From NCBI GenBank assembly GCA_035251975.1, contig DATFDT010000053.1:762-64761 (forward strand): a DNA stretch of 64,000 bases, in the 5' to 3' direction. The notes under the pieces are model-generated. The model ran no database searches and was not told the origin of the DNA. It was given only the letters and a program-made list of their open reading frames with translations. The position numbers were made by a program, and so were the translations under genes. Of the stretch, positions 34,649 to 43,627 are shown piece by piece. Position 1 is the stretch's first letter. Each line of letters begins with the position of its first letter. The stretch is from Pyrinomonadaceae bacterium (lineage in GTDB: Bacteria; Acidobacteriota; Blastocatellia; Pyrinomonadales; Pyrinomonadaceae).

Positions 34649-37015
34649 ATGGCTATTCAAGATAATCGATTGATTCCTGTTTCGGGTCTGGACCGTGCGG
34701 TGGACCGGCCGCTCACGGACCTGGCCCCCAAGCCCTACGGTGGCTACGGCGCTTCCGCCAACGACCCAAACGCCCTCAAGGATTATTTGTCGGTCATCCT
34801 CAAGCGAAAATGGTTGATTTTGAGTCTCGTACTGGTGGTCACTTCGTTGGTGGCAATACAGTCATTTAGAACACCCTCAATCTATGAGGGCGAATCGATC
34901 ATTAGAATTCAACAAAAACAGCCCAACATCCTTGCAACCGACAAGATCATTATCAACGGCCAGAACGATCCCAATTTCTGGGGCACGCAGCTAAAGTTGT
35001 TGCAAAACCCGGCACTCGCTCGCCAGGTGGTTCTCACCCTCGACCTGCCGCATAACCCAGCGTTTTTCGGTGGCCAGTCACAGAAGGGCATCTTCGATGC
35101 TCTGCGCCGTTTGTTTTCGGCGCCAAAGCCAGCCGCGACGCCAGGTGCAGCGCCCGGTGGATTGTCGGTCGTAACTGAGGTTCAGCCTTCTTTAGCGAAG
35201 TTAACGCCCGAAGAGATCGAGAAGTTAGAAGCTTACGAAGACGCGATTATCGGCGGGGAAACAATCGAGCCGATTCCAAATACTAATCTCGTAAAGATTA
35301 TCTACAGGCATTCCGATCCCGAATTGGCGCAGAAAATCGCCAACACCCTGGCCGAGGTCTTCAAAAACTACAATCTCGCAATAGCCACTGAAGGGTCGAC
35401 GAAGGCTGAAGACCAACTGGCTAAAGAGATCGCCAGACTGCAAACGCAGAACAAGCAGGATCAGGAAATACTTTGGAATTACGCTAAGAGTCACAATCTG
35501 TCACTGGTGATTGGAAATCAACCCAATCTCGAGGTCACACGGCTCGCGACCTTGAGCGGTCAGGTATTGGAAGCTGAAAACGCGACAAAGCAACTGAAAG
35601 CGCAGCTTGACGCCGCGAAAAAGGAACCAGATCCGTTTTCGGTTCCTGCCGTTAATGCGTCTCCTCGAGTCGAGAAATTACGCGAGCGCATCTCGACCCT
35701 CAAAGAACAACGCGAAGCTCTTTTGGTCACTTACAAGCCGGAATGGCCGGCGGTGAAGAAACTCGACGCTCAAATCAAAGGACTCGAGGCGGAACTGCAA
35801 AGGGCCCCTGAAGAAATCATTACCTCGATGCAACGAAATTACGAGGCCGCGGCCCAAAAGGAAACCCAATTGCGTCGCTCCTACGAAAGCCAGAAAGCGA
35901 CGACCACCCAGCAAACGCGAGATCAGATTGATTTGCTGGCCATGACGCAGAATCTCGAGACCAACAAGCAGCTTTTGGCTACTTTGCTGCAACGTCAACG
36001 TGAGTTCGATCTATCGAATGGAAACGGTTCGAATGAAGTAAGTATCGCTAACTACAGCAGGTTGCCAAAGGAGCCGGTTGGTCCACCGCGATTGCGAAAC
36101 ATAATCATCGGGCTGTTGCTCTCGTTGGGAGGCGGAATCGGCCTGGCTCTGCTGCTCGACTTCCTCGACGATACCGTGAAATCTGTCGAGGATGTCGATC
36201 GTTACATTCACCTGCCGGCGCTCGCTTTGATCCCGTCGGGACACGACCGTCGCTTGCCGGGTGTGCGTAGTGGAGCCCCCGCGCCGGTGTCGAACACAAC
36301 TGCCCTCGCCATGATCACGGATGTTCGTTCGCCAATTACTGAGGCGTATCGACACCTGCGAACGTCGTTGCTGTTATCGTCTGCCGGAAAACCTCCCAAG
36401 AAGATCCTGATCACTTCCAGTCAGCCCGCCGAAGGCAAGACTACAACCGGGATCAATACGGCTTTTATGCTCGCGCAAACCGGAGCCCAGGTGTTAATGA
36501 TCGATTGCGACCTGCGGCGGCCACGGCTGCATGCACAGTTTGACCTGCCTAACACGAAGGGACTAACAACCTGGCTTTCAGGTGAGAAGAACCTCGACGG
36601 TTTGATTCAAACATGTGAAAAGGCGCCGAATCTAAAAGTGTTGACCTGCGGCCCCGTACCTCCGAATCCGGCCGAGTTGCTGGGTTCCCAGGAGATGCGG
36701 AAGCTTTTGGATATTCTCAGCGAGCAATACGCGCACATCATCATCGATTCGCCGCCCGCTATCTCTTTCACTGATGCGTCGATCTTGTCGACGATGGTGG
36801 ATGGAGTAATTCTCGTGGTCCACGGCGGACGAAGCTCGAGGGCCGTCGTGCGACGTGCAAAACAACAACTGCAAGACGTCGGGGCACACATCTTTGGTGT
36901 GGTCTTGAACAACGTCAAGGTCGAGACGCACGATGAGTATTATTATTCCCGTTACTACTCCAACTACTACCAGACAGAAGCAGACGCTGATCAAGGTGCA
37001 GGAGAGACTGCATAG
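34649..37015 (+). CDS. Polysaccharide co-polymerase / tyrosine autokinase (PCP-2a, Wzc/GumC/EpsB-like)
   Basis: The N-terminal Wzz-type TM segment is RKWLILSLVLVVTSLVAI. A long coiled-coil periplasmic region and a second TM segment follow. The kinase has Walker A SSQPAEGKTTT, A' MIDCDLRRP and B IIIDSPP, and ends in a Tyr-rich tail DEYYYSRYYSNYYQ. Confidence 0.9.
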   Translation: MAIQDNRLIPVSGLDRAVDRPLTDLAPKPYGGYGASANDPNALKDYLSVILKRKWLILSLVLVVTSLVAIQSFRTPSIYEGESIIRIQQKQPNILATDKIIINGQNDPNFWGTQLKLLQNPALARQVVLTLDLPHNPAFFGGQSQKGIFDALRRLFSAPKPAATPGAAPGGLSVVTEVQPSLAKLTPEEIEKLEAYEDAIIGGETIEPIPNTNLVKIIYRHSDPELAQKIANTLAEVFKNYNLAIATEGSTKAEDQLAKEIARLQTQNKQDQEILWNYAKSHNLSLVIGNQPNLEVTRLATLSGQVLEAENATKQLKAQLDAAKKEPDPFSVPAVNASPRVEKLRERISTLKEQREALLVTYKPEWPAVKKLDAQIKGLEAELQRAPEEIITSMQRNYEAAAQKETQLRRSYESQKATTTQQTRDQIDLLAMTQNLETNKQLLATLLQRQREFDLSNGNGSNEVSIANYSRLPKEPVGPPRLRNIIIGLLLSLGGGIGLALLLDFLDDTVKSVEDVDRYIHLPALALIPSGHDRRLPGVRSGAPAPVSNTTALAMITDVRSPITEAYRHLRTSLLLSSAGKPPKKILITSSQPAEGKTTTGINTAFMLAQTGAQVLMIDCDLRRPRLHAQFDLPNTKGLTTWLSGEKNLDGLIQTCEKAPNLKVLTCGPVPPNPAELLGSQEMRKLLDILSEQYAHIIIDSPPAISFTDASILSTMVDGVILVVHGGRSSRAVVRRAKQQLQDVGAHIFGVVLNNVKVETHDEYYYSRYYSNYYQTEADADQGAGETA

Positions 37016-37024
37016 CTGATTTGG

Positions 37025-37093
37025 CCACAAAAAGGCACAAAAGGCACAAAATAGAAGACTAAGAATCTTTGTGCTTTTTGTGCATTTTTGTGG
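37025..37093. repeat. Family D heptamer-array hairpin element (single copy in the window)
   Basis: CCACAAAAAGGCACAAAAGGCACAAAA-loop-CTTTGTGCTTTTTGTGCATTTTTGTGG, imperfect. Confidence 0.85.
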
Positions 37094-37101
37094 CTTGAGA
37101 C

Positions 37102-38229
37102 TTGAGAGAAATGAAGGTTCCGTTAATAGATTTACAGGCACAGTATGTTTCGGTACGCGATGCGATTCGCCTGGCGGTTGATCGCGTTTTCGAGACTCAA
37201 CAGTTTGTGATGGGTCCGGAAGTCGCCGCGCTTGAAGCGGAAGTCGCAGCTTATTGCCAAACGAATGAGGCGATCGGATGCGCTTCCGGTTCTGACGCTT
37301 TGCTGCTGGCGCTGATGGCCCTGAACGTTGGTCCGGAAGACGAAGTCATTACGACGCCGTTTAGTTTTTTCGCTACGGCCAGCGCGATTGCACGGGTGGG
37401 CGCGCGACCTGTTTTCGTCGACATCGATCCACTTACGTACAACTTGAATGTCGATCGAATCTCGGCAGCGATCACTTCGCGCACCCGGGTGGTGATTCCA
37501 GTGCACTTGTACGGTCAATGTGCCGAGATGGACCAGATACTGGCTCTGTGTAAAGCGAAAGAGCTTGTTGTACTCGAGGATGCCGCACAGGCGATCGGCG
37601 CCGAAGATCGCGGGCGGCGTGCTGGTTCGATGGGTGTGGCCGGTTGTTTTAGCTTTTATCCCAGTAAGAATCTTGGTGCGGCAGGAGATGCGGGGATCAT
37701 CACGACCAGCGATCCGGCTTTTGCAACCAGAGTGCGAAGGCTGCGTGTACACGGTGGTCTAACCGAGTATCAACACGTTGAGGTGGGAATCAACAGTCGT
37801 ATTGATGCGCTTCAGGCTGTCGTGCTTCGCGCCAAGCTGCCTCACTTGGATGGCTGGTCCAACGCGCGAGCGGAGAAGGCGCAAATCTATTCGCACCTGT
37901 TGGAAGGCGCGAAGCTGAGTTTCAAGCTGGATCCGCCGTTCATTAAGCCTGACAGTCGTCACATCTTTCATCAATACGTTGTCCGAGTTCCCGATCATCG
38001 CGACGCGCTGATGGCGCACTTAAAAGCGCGCGAGATCGCGACCAAGATTTATTACCCGATTCCGCTGCATCTGCAGGAGTGCTTTGCATACCTGGGCTAC
38101 AAAGAAGGCGCTTTCCCCGAGGCCGAGAAAGCCGCTCGGGAAACTTTCGCTCTTCCTCTTTACCCTGAGCTTGCGTTGGAGCAACAGGAATACGTCGTGA
38201 ACGCGATTAGGGATTTCAACTCTGCGTAA
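37102..38229 (+). CDS. DegT/DnrJ/EryC1/StrS-family PLP-dependent NDP-sugar aminotransferase
   Basis: 375 aa. GCASGSDALLLALMAL, and FSFYPSKNLGAAGDAGIITT with the catalytic Lys. The last codons and stop lie inside repeat B2. Confidence 0.85.
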   Translation: MREMKVPLIDLQAQYVSVRDAIRLAVDRVFETQQFVMGPEVAALEAEVAAYCQTNEAIGCASGSDALLLALMALNVGPEDEVITTPFSFFATASAIARVGARPVFVDIDPLTYNLNVDRISAAITSRTRVVIPVHLYGQCAEMDQILALCKAKELVVLEDAAQAIGAEDRGRRAGSMGVAGCFSFYPSKNLGAAGDAGIITTSDPAFATRVRRLRVHGGLTEYQHVEVGINSRIDALQAVVLRAKLPHLDGWSNARAEKAQIYSHLLEGAKLSFKLDPPFIKPDSRHIFHQYVVRVPDHRDALMAHLKAREIATKIYYPIPLHLQECFAYLGYKEGAFPEAEKAARETFALPLYPELALEQQEYVVNAIRDFNSA

Positions 38230-38309
38230 TCTCTGCGTTCTCTGCGCCTCTGCGGTAAAAAAGCATGTAAACCACAGAGGCGCAGAGGACGCAGAGGCTA
38301 CGCAGAGAA
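38220..38309. repeat. Family B hairpin element, copy 2 (contains one family-A-type heptamer)
   Basis: CTCTGCGTAATCTCTGCGTTCTCTGCGCCTCTGCGG-TAAAAAAGCATGTAAA-CCACAGAGGCGCAGAGGACGCAGAGGCTACGCAGAGAA. Confidence 0.9.
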
Positions 38310-38326
38310 ATTCGTAGGAACGTCTG

Positions 38327-39307
38327 ATGCCAGAACAACCAAGAGTGTTGGTGACGGGAGCCGGTGGTTTCATCGGTCACCATTTGACCAATTATCTGTT
38401 GGACCGGGGCTACTGGGTCAGAGGCGTTGATATCAAGAGACCGGAGTTTGAACCGACGCGCGCTGACGAATTTCTTCTACTTGATCTCACCAACGCTGAG
38501 AACTGTCTGCGCGCGACGCACGAGATTGATGAAGTTTACGGGCTGGCCGCAAACATGGGCGGCATCGGATTTATCGAAAATAACAAAGCAGTAATAGTTC
38601 GCGACAACACACTCATTAACTTAAACACGATCGAAGCCGCGCGTCTGAATGGTGTTAAGCGTTACCTCTACACCTCGAGCGCCTGTATTTATCCGGCTTA
38701 CCTGCAGAACGAAACGAATGTCGCGCCTTTGAAAGAAAGCGACGCGTATCCAGCCGATGCCGAGGACGGTTACGGTTGGGAAAAACTCTACATGGAAAGA
38801 GTTTGTCGCCACTACACCGAAGACTTCGGACTCGAAACACGCGTCGTCAGATTTCATAACATCTTTGGTCCACTCGGCACCTACGACGGCGGCCGCGAGA
38901 AATCACCGGCAGCGATCTGCCGCAAGGTGGCGCTTGCAAATCATGGCGATGAAATTGAAGTTTGGGGAGACGGGGAACAAACGCGGTCTTACTGTTACAT
39001 CGACGATTGCGTTGAAGGAATCTACCGGTTGATGCGCAGCGATCATCGCGAGCCTATCAACCTTGGCCAGGATCGAATGATCTCTGTCAATGAGCTCGTC
39101 GACATGGTTGCAGAGATTGCCGGCAAGCAGATCGGTAAACGTTACGATTTGACCAAGCCGCAGGGCGTCAGAGGTCGCAACAGCGACAACACTCGTCTGC
39201 GCGAGGTTTTGGATTGGGAACCCGCGATTTCCCTCGAGGAAGGATTAGCTCGCACCTACCACTGGATCGCCGCAGAACTCACCAGAGCAGTGCAAGCAGC
39301 ACCATGA
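38327..39307 (+). CDS. GDP-mannose 3,5-epimerase-like extended SDR
   Basis: VTGAGGFIGHH, NMGGIGFIENN, SSACIYP, YGWEKL, RFHNIFGPLGTYDGGREKSPAAICRK, WGDGEQTRS, GVRGRNSDN. These strings closely follow those I recall from plant GME. Confidence 0.75.
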   Translation: MPEQPRVLVTGAGGFIGHHLTNYLLDRGYWVRGVDIKRPEFEPTRADEFLLLDLTNAENCLRATHEIDEVYGLAANMGGIGFIENNKAVIVRDNTLINLNTIEAARLNGVKRYLYTSSACIYPAYLQNETNVAPLKESDAYPADAEDGYGWEKLYMERVCRHYTEDFGLETRVVRFHNIFGPLGTYDGGREKSPAAICRKVALANHGDEIEVWGDGEQTRSYCYIDDCVEGIYRLMRSDHREPINLGQDRMISVNELVDMVAEIAGKQIGKRYDLTKPQGVRGRNSDNTRLREVLDWEPAISLEEGLARTYHWIAAELTRAVQAAP

Positions 39308-40551
39308 AGATGTCGCTCGACGGCCGGCGCGTTCTGTTCATCTCCTACAACGGCATGCTTGAACCGTTAGGTCAAACGCAGGTGCTTCCGTACCTGCGGA
39401 AGCTGGCCCAACGAGGTGTGAAGTTCACCCTGCTGAGCTTTGAAAAGCCTGGCGCCTTCACTGAGAAAGGCCAGCGTAGCTGTGCGGCACTGAAACAGGA
39501 GTTAATGGACCAGGGAATCGAATGGCACTGGCTGCGATATCACCAGCGACCATCACTACCCGCTACTCTTTTCGACGTGTTAGCAGGCATCCGTTTCGCC
39601 AGCCGTCTGGTCCAACGAAACAAAATCGAGTTAGTGCACGCACGCTCCTACATACCAGCCACGATCGCGCTCCGTTTGAAGCGAAAGTTTGGGATCAAAA
39701 TGATCTTCGACCTCCGCGGATTGATGGCTGAAGAGTATGTCGATGCGAAGCACTGGCCTGAAGGCGGCTTGCGCTATCGCGTTACAAAATCGACGGAGCG
39801 GCGGATTCTGGCGGGCACCGATGCGGTGGTAACGCTGACTGAGCGGATCTGGCCCATCATCAAAGAATGGAAAGGGCTGAAGGGCCGGGACGTGGCGCAT
39901 GCAGTGGTACCCTGTTGCGTCGATCTTTCCTTATTCACGTTCAAAGAGCAGGAGCGTGCAAGGTTACGCGCAGAGCTAGGGCTGGATGATCGGTTTACGT
40001 TTGTCTACAGTGGTTCTCTCGACGGCTGGTACCTGACCGAAGAGATGGCTGATTTTTTTGCGAGCGTGGTCCGGAAACGAAATGATGCACATCTGCTCTG
40101 GCTTACCACTGGAAGTCGCGAGCGAGTCAGACAACTGATGAGCGCGCGTGGCATTAGTGAAGATCATTTTTCCATTCGCAGCGTGGCGCCAAAGGAAATG
40201 CCTTCGTATTTGGCTGCCGGCGACGTTGGTCTCTCATTCATCAAACGTTGTTTCTCCAAGTTGGCTTCGTCGCCGACGAAGAATGGTGAATACCTTGCGT
40301 GCGGGCTGCCGATTCTCATTAACTCCGGAATCGGAGACTCGGATGGTTTGACACACGAATCCTCCGCGGCAATCCTGATTGACGACTTCACTGAGCGAGA
40401 CTTTGACGGCGCATGGAATGCAGTTCAGGCATTAGCGGATGATCCAAACATCAAAGCGAAAGCCCGTGCGACCGCGGAGAAAGTCTTTGATCTTAACAGC
40501 GTTGGCGCGGAGCGATACGCGTGCCTCTACGAAACCCTGCTGACCTCATGA
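39304..40551 (+). CDS. Glycosyltransferase family 4-like (GT-B)
   Basis: Start set at the ATG at 39304 (ATGA overlap with the upstream stop), giving MKMSLDGRRVLFISYNG. The C-terminal half reads SPTKNGEYLACGLPILIN. Confidence 0.7.
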   Translation: MKMSLDGRRVLFISYNGMLEPLGQTQVLPYLRKLAQRGVKFTLLSFEKPGAFTEKGQRSCAALKQELMDQGIEWHWLRYHQRPSLPATLFDVLAGIRFASRLVQRNKIELVHARSYIPATIALRLKRKFGIKMIFDLRGLMAEEYVDAKHWPEGGLRYRVTKSTERRILAGTDAVVTLTERIWPIIKEWKGLKGRDVAHAVVPCCVDLSLFTFKEQERARLRAELGLDDRFTFVYSGSLDGWYLTEEMADFFASVVRKRNDAHLLWLTTGSRERVRQLMSARGISEDHFSIRSVAPKEMPSYLAAGDVGLSFIKRCFSKLASSPTKNGEYLACGLPILINSGIGDSDGLTHESSAAILIDDFTERDFDGAWNAVQALADDPNIKAKARATAEKVFDLNSVGAERYACLYETLLTS

Positions 40552-41633
40552 GAGTGTTAGGATTGGCCACATATCCAGTCGAGGCGGCGGCAACCAGGTT
40601 CCGAATGATCCAATTCGTTGAACCTTTAGCCGAGCAGGGGATTGAGCTCTCCGTTTATCCGTTTATCGATTCCAGCCTTTACCGATCGCTCTACAACCGA
40701 TCGCAGTGGCCGCGGACAGCGTTGGGCTTGAGCCTTGCGGCGGTTCGGCGGGTACGCGAGCTAGTGCGTGCGCGGAAGGCGGATGTCGTGTTTGTGCAAC
40801 GCGAGGCGATGATGTTTGGACCACCCCTCGTGGAATGGTTGACCGTAAACCTGCACGGGTGTCCGATGGTGCTCGATCTGGATGATGCGACGTATGTCTC
40901 GTACAAGAGTCCGACTTACGGCCGCATCGGAAGCATGCTTAAATGGTTTAGCAAGACTAATGATTTGATTCGCTGGTCGCGGCTGGTTACCTGTGGCAAT
41001 CGTGAGATCGCAGCTTATGTGACGAGTAAGGGACGGGAGGCTGTCGTGATTCCCACCGTGGTTGACACGACGTGCTTTCGACCGTTAGCTGAGCGGCCGG
41101 AGAGCGATGTGCCCGTTATTGGCTGGATAGGTACGCACTCGACTTTTCCTTACGTGAAAACAATCTTTCCCGTGCTTGAGCGACTCGCGCGCGATCACCG
41201 GTTTCGCTTGCGACTGGTCGGAACCGGAGCGGATAACGTTGTAATACCCGGTGTGGAGATTGAGAACCTGGGATGGAAACTGGAGCGGGAGATTGCAGAT
41301 TTTCAGTCATTCGACATCGGAATTTATCCGATCGTGGAGGATGACTGGTCGGTTGGGAAGTCGTGTTTTAAGGCGGTTCAGTATATGGCTGTCGGAGTTC
41401 CTTTTGTCGTCAGCCCGGTGGGAGCTTGTCACGATATAGCGGAGGCGAACCGGACGCATTTTGTGGCGCGCAGTCAGGAAGAATGGTACGAGCATCTTTC
41501 CCGACTCTTGAGCGACGAGGGTTTAAGGCAGCGGATGGGTGACGCTGGGCGGGGTTATGCGGTCGAGCATTACAGTATCGAAGCGAACGTTCAGAAATTG
41601 GCCGACGCATTAAGAGCCGCAACCTCTGCATAA
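40548..41633 (+). CDS. Glycosyltransferase family 4-like (GT-B)
   Basis: Start set at the ATG at 40548 (ATGA overlap), giving MRVLGLATYPVE. C-terminal KSCFKAVQYMAVGVPFVVSPVG. Confidence 0.7.
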   Translation: MRVLGLATYPVEAAATRFRMIQFVEPLAEQGIELSVYPFIDSSLYRSLYNRSQWPRTALGLSLAAVRRVRELVRARKADVVFVQREAMMFGPPLVEWLTVNLHGCPMVLDLDDATYVSYKSPTYGRIGSMLKWFSKTNDLIRWSRLVTCGNREIAAYVTSKGREAVVIPTVVDTTCFRPLAERPESDVPVIGWIGTHSTFPYVKTIFPVLERLARDHRFRLRLVGTGADNVVIPGVEIENLGWKLEREIADFQSFDIGIYPIVEDDWSVGKSCFKAVQYMAVGVPFVVSPVGACHDIAEANRTHFVARSQEEWYEHLSRLLSDEGLRQRMGDAGRGYAVEHYSIEANVQKLADALRAATSA

Positions 41634-41637
41634 CCTT

Positions 41638-41731
41638 TGAATAGAACAAGTCAGGAAGAGGGGCTTGCCCCCGCTCGTCCAATCCAAGCAGCAGCGGGGG
41701 CGAAGCCCCTCTTCCTGACTTGTTCTATTCA
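41638..41731. repeat. Family G: isolated 94-bp hairpin with a ~38-bp stem
   Basis: TGAATAGAACAAGTCAGGAAGAGGGGCTTGCCCCCGCT-17 nt-AGCGGGGGCGAAGCCCCTCTTCCTGACTTGTTCTATTCA, with one bulge. Starts 5 nt after a stop codon. Confidence 0.9.
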
Positions 41732-41787
41732 GAGGTACGCAGAGCCACTGCAATCGTTAACAAGTTTGTGTATATTGACAGGTCGAC

Positions 41788-43491
41788 ATGTATATCGTTG
41801 GTTTAACTACACTTGGCGATTCGGCCGCTAGCCTGATAAAGGACGGCGAAATCGTTGCTGCGGCTGAGGAAGAGCGCTTCTCGCGTCGCAAACATCACAG
41901 CGGCTTTCCTTACAACGCGATGCAGTATTGTCTCGACCAGGCAGGCATCGGAATCGCCGACGTCGCGCATATTGGTCTGTACTGGAAACCCTGGGTGTTA
42001 CGTCATAAGGCACTCCAGGCGTTAAAGTCCGCCGCCATCTCGCGCGACATGTTCAAGGCCCGCGTCGATCGCGGCGTCACTCAGGTTGGTGAGAGCTATC
42101 TCGGAATGTTGCGGCACCCGCGCCGAATTCGAGAACACTTCGGCAACAGCAATTTCAAGTTTCACTTTCTCGAACATCACCAGTGTCACGCTGCGAGCGC
42201 ATTTTTCGTTTCCGGTTTCGAGCAATCAGCCATCATGACGTGGGACGGAACGGGTGAAGACACCACGACCCTGTTTTCACGCGGCGACGATCGAACGATT
42301 CAACCCTTGAAGAGGATCAAGCTTCCTCACTCGCTGGGCCAGTTCTATTCGGCTGTTACCAACTATCTCGGGTTTGACATGTTCGAAGGTGACGAGTGGA
42401 AGGTAATGGGACTCGCTGCTTACGGTAAGCCTGAATACTATGATTTCTTTGCGAAGAAGGTGCTTTCAGTAAACGGCGATCATGATTTTCGGGTAGACAT
42501 TCGGGTGTTGGACCATCATTTGGCGAAGTACTACCAGTTCAGCGAAGCGTTGACGAAGGTGCTCGGTCCGCCGCGCGCGAAGGGCGAGGAGCTCAGCCAA
42601 AAGCATTGGGACGTCGCCGCCAGTGCACAGAAAGTTCTGGAAGATACCGCGCTTCACTTGCTCGCAGGATTGTATGAGCAGACCGGCAGTGAGAATCTCT
42701 GTATGGCTGGTGGCGTGGCGTTCAATTCTGTCATGAATGGCCGCATCATGACGGAGACGCCTTTCAAGCGCTTCTTTATTCAGCCGGCCGCTGGTGACGC
42801 GGGCTGCTCGCTCGGCGCCGCGCTACTCGTTTGGCACAGTCGATTGAAACAACCGCGCAAGTTCCGGATGGAGCATGCGTACTATGGTCCGGGGTTTAGT
42901 TCGGAAGAGTGTGCCGCAGCGTTGCGTGCTGCGGGATTAAAGTTTGAAACGCTGCCGGACGAACAAATGCTTCCGCGAATCGCGAAGATGTTGGCGGATG
43001 GTGCAATCATTGGCTGGTTTCAGGGGCGTATGGAGTTTGGCCCACGCGCGCTTGGTAATCGTAGCTTCATTGCCGATCCGCGCCGCGAAGACATGCGTGA
43101 GCTACTGAATAAAAAGGTGAAGCTGCGCGAATGGTTTAGACCGTTGGCGCCGTCTATGAAAGAAGAAGCTGCGAACGAGCTTTTTGGGCATCCTCATTAC
43201 GATCCATTCATGATTACAGTGTTGAATGTGGTCGAGGACAAACGGGGCAGAATACCGTCTGTCGTTCACGTGGATGGCACTGCGCGTCCGCAAACGGTGA
43301 GCAGGCATATTAATCCACGATACTGGCAGCTAATTAACGAGTTTGAAAAGTTAACCGGGGTGCCACTTCTGCTTAACACGTCATTCAACGTGCAGGAGCC
43401 AATCGTTCTCTCTCCTGCCGACGCTATCAACACATTTAGCAAGGCGAGCTTCGATGCGTTGGTACTGGAGAATCACCTCGTCGTGCGTTAA
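41788..43491 (+). CDS. Carbamoyltransferase, NodU/CmcH/TobZ family
   Basis: 567 aa. MYIVGL..GDSAASLIKDGEIVAAAEEERFSRRKH, HHQCHAASAF, and the C-terminal YrdC-like half with LLNTSFN. Confidence 0.85.
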   Translation: MYIVGLTTLGDSAASLIKDGEIVAAAEEERFSRRKHHSGFPYNAMQYCLDQAGIGIADVAHIGLYWKPWVLRHKALQALKSAAISRDMFKARVDRGVTQVGESYLGMLRHPRRIREHFGNSNFKFHFLEHHQCHAASAFFVSGFEQSAIMTWDGTGEDTTTLFSRGDDRTIQPLKRIKLPHSLGQFYSAVTNYLGFDMFEGDEWKVMGLAAYGKPEYYDFFAKKVLSVNGDHDFRVDIRVLDHHLAKYYQFSEALTKVLGPPRAKGEELSQKHWDVAASAQKVLEDTALHLLAGLYEQTGSENLCMAGGVAFNSVMNGRIMTETPFKRFFIQPAAGDAGCSLGAALLVWHSRLKQPRKFRMEHAYYGPGFSSEECAAALRAAGLKFETLPDEQMLPRIAKMLADGAIIGWFQGRMEFGPRALGNRSFIADPRREDMRELLNKKVKLREWFRPLAPSMKEEAANELFGHPHYDPFMITVLNVVEDKRGRIPSVVHVDGTARPQTVSRHINPRYWQLINEFEKLTGVPLLLNTSFNVQEPIVLSPADAINTFSKASFDALVLENHLVVR

Positions 43492-43495
43492 TTGC

Positions 43496-43596
43496 TTCTC
43501 TGTGCAACCTCGGTGTTCTCTGTGTCTCCGTGGTGAGTTGTTGCTCAGAATCAGTTAACCACAGAGACACAGAGAACACAGAGGTTGCACAGAGAA
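43496..43596. repeat. Family A hairpin element, copy 6 (long-loop form)
   Basis: TTCTCTGTGCAACCTCGGTGTTCTCTGTGTCTCCGTGG-TGAGTTGTTGCTCAGAATCAGTTAA-CCACAGAGACACAGAGAACACAGAGGTTGCACAGAGAA. Confidence 0.9.
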
Positions 43597-43627
43597 ATCT
43601 GAACTGGATCACTGCTAGAAATTCCAA

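Noticed and set aside
36632-37752. Minus-strand ORFs of 169 and 206 aa across the wzc 3' end, repeat D and the aminotransferase
   Set aside because: They are antisense to well-supported genes and run through repeat D. No motifs.
39214-39303. 30-aa N-terminal extension of the GT4-like gene, and similar extensions at 40521 and 18690
   Set aside because: The extensions overlap the preceding gene by up to 90 nt. Internal ATGs form ATGA stop/start overlaps (39304, 40548) or leave a clean 17-nt spacer (18621), and they give typical N-termini.
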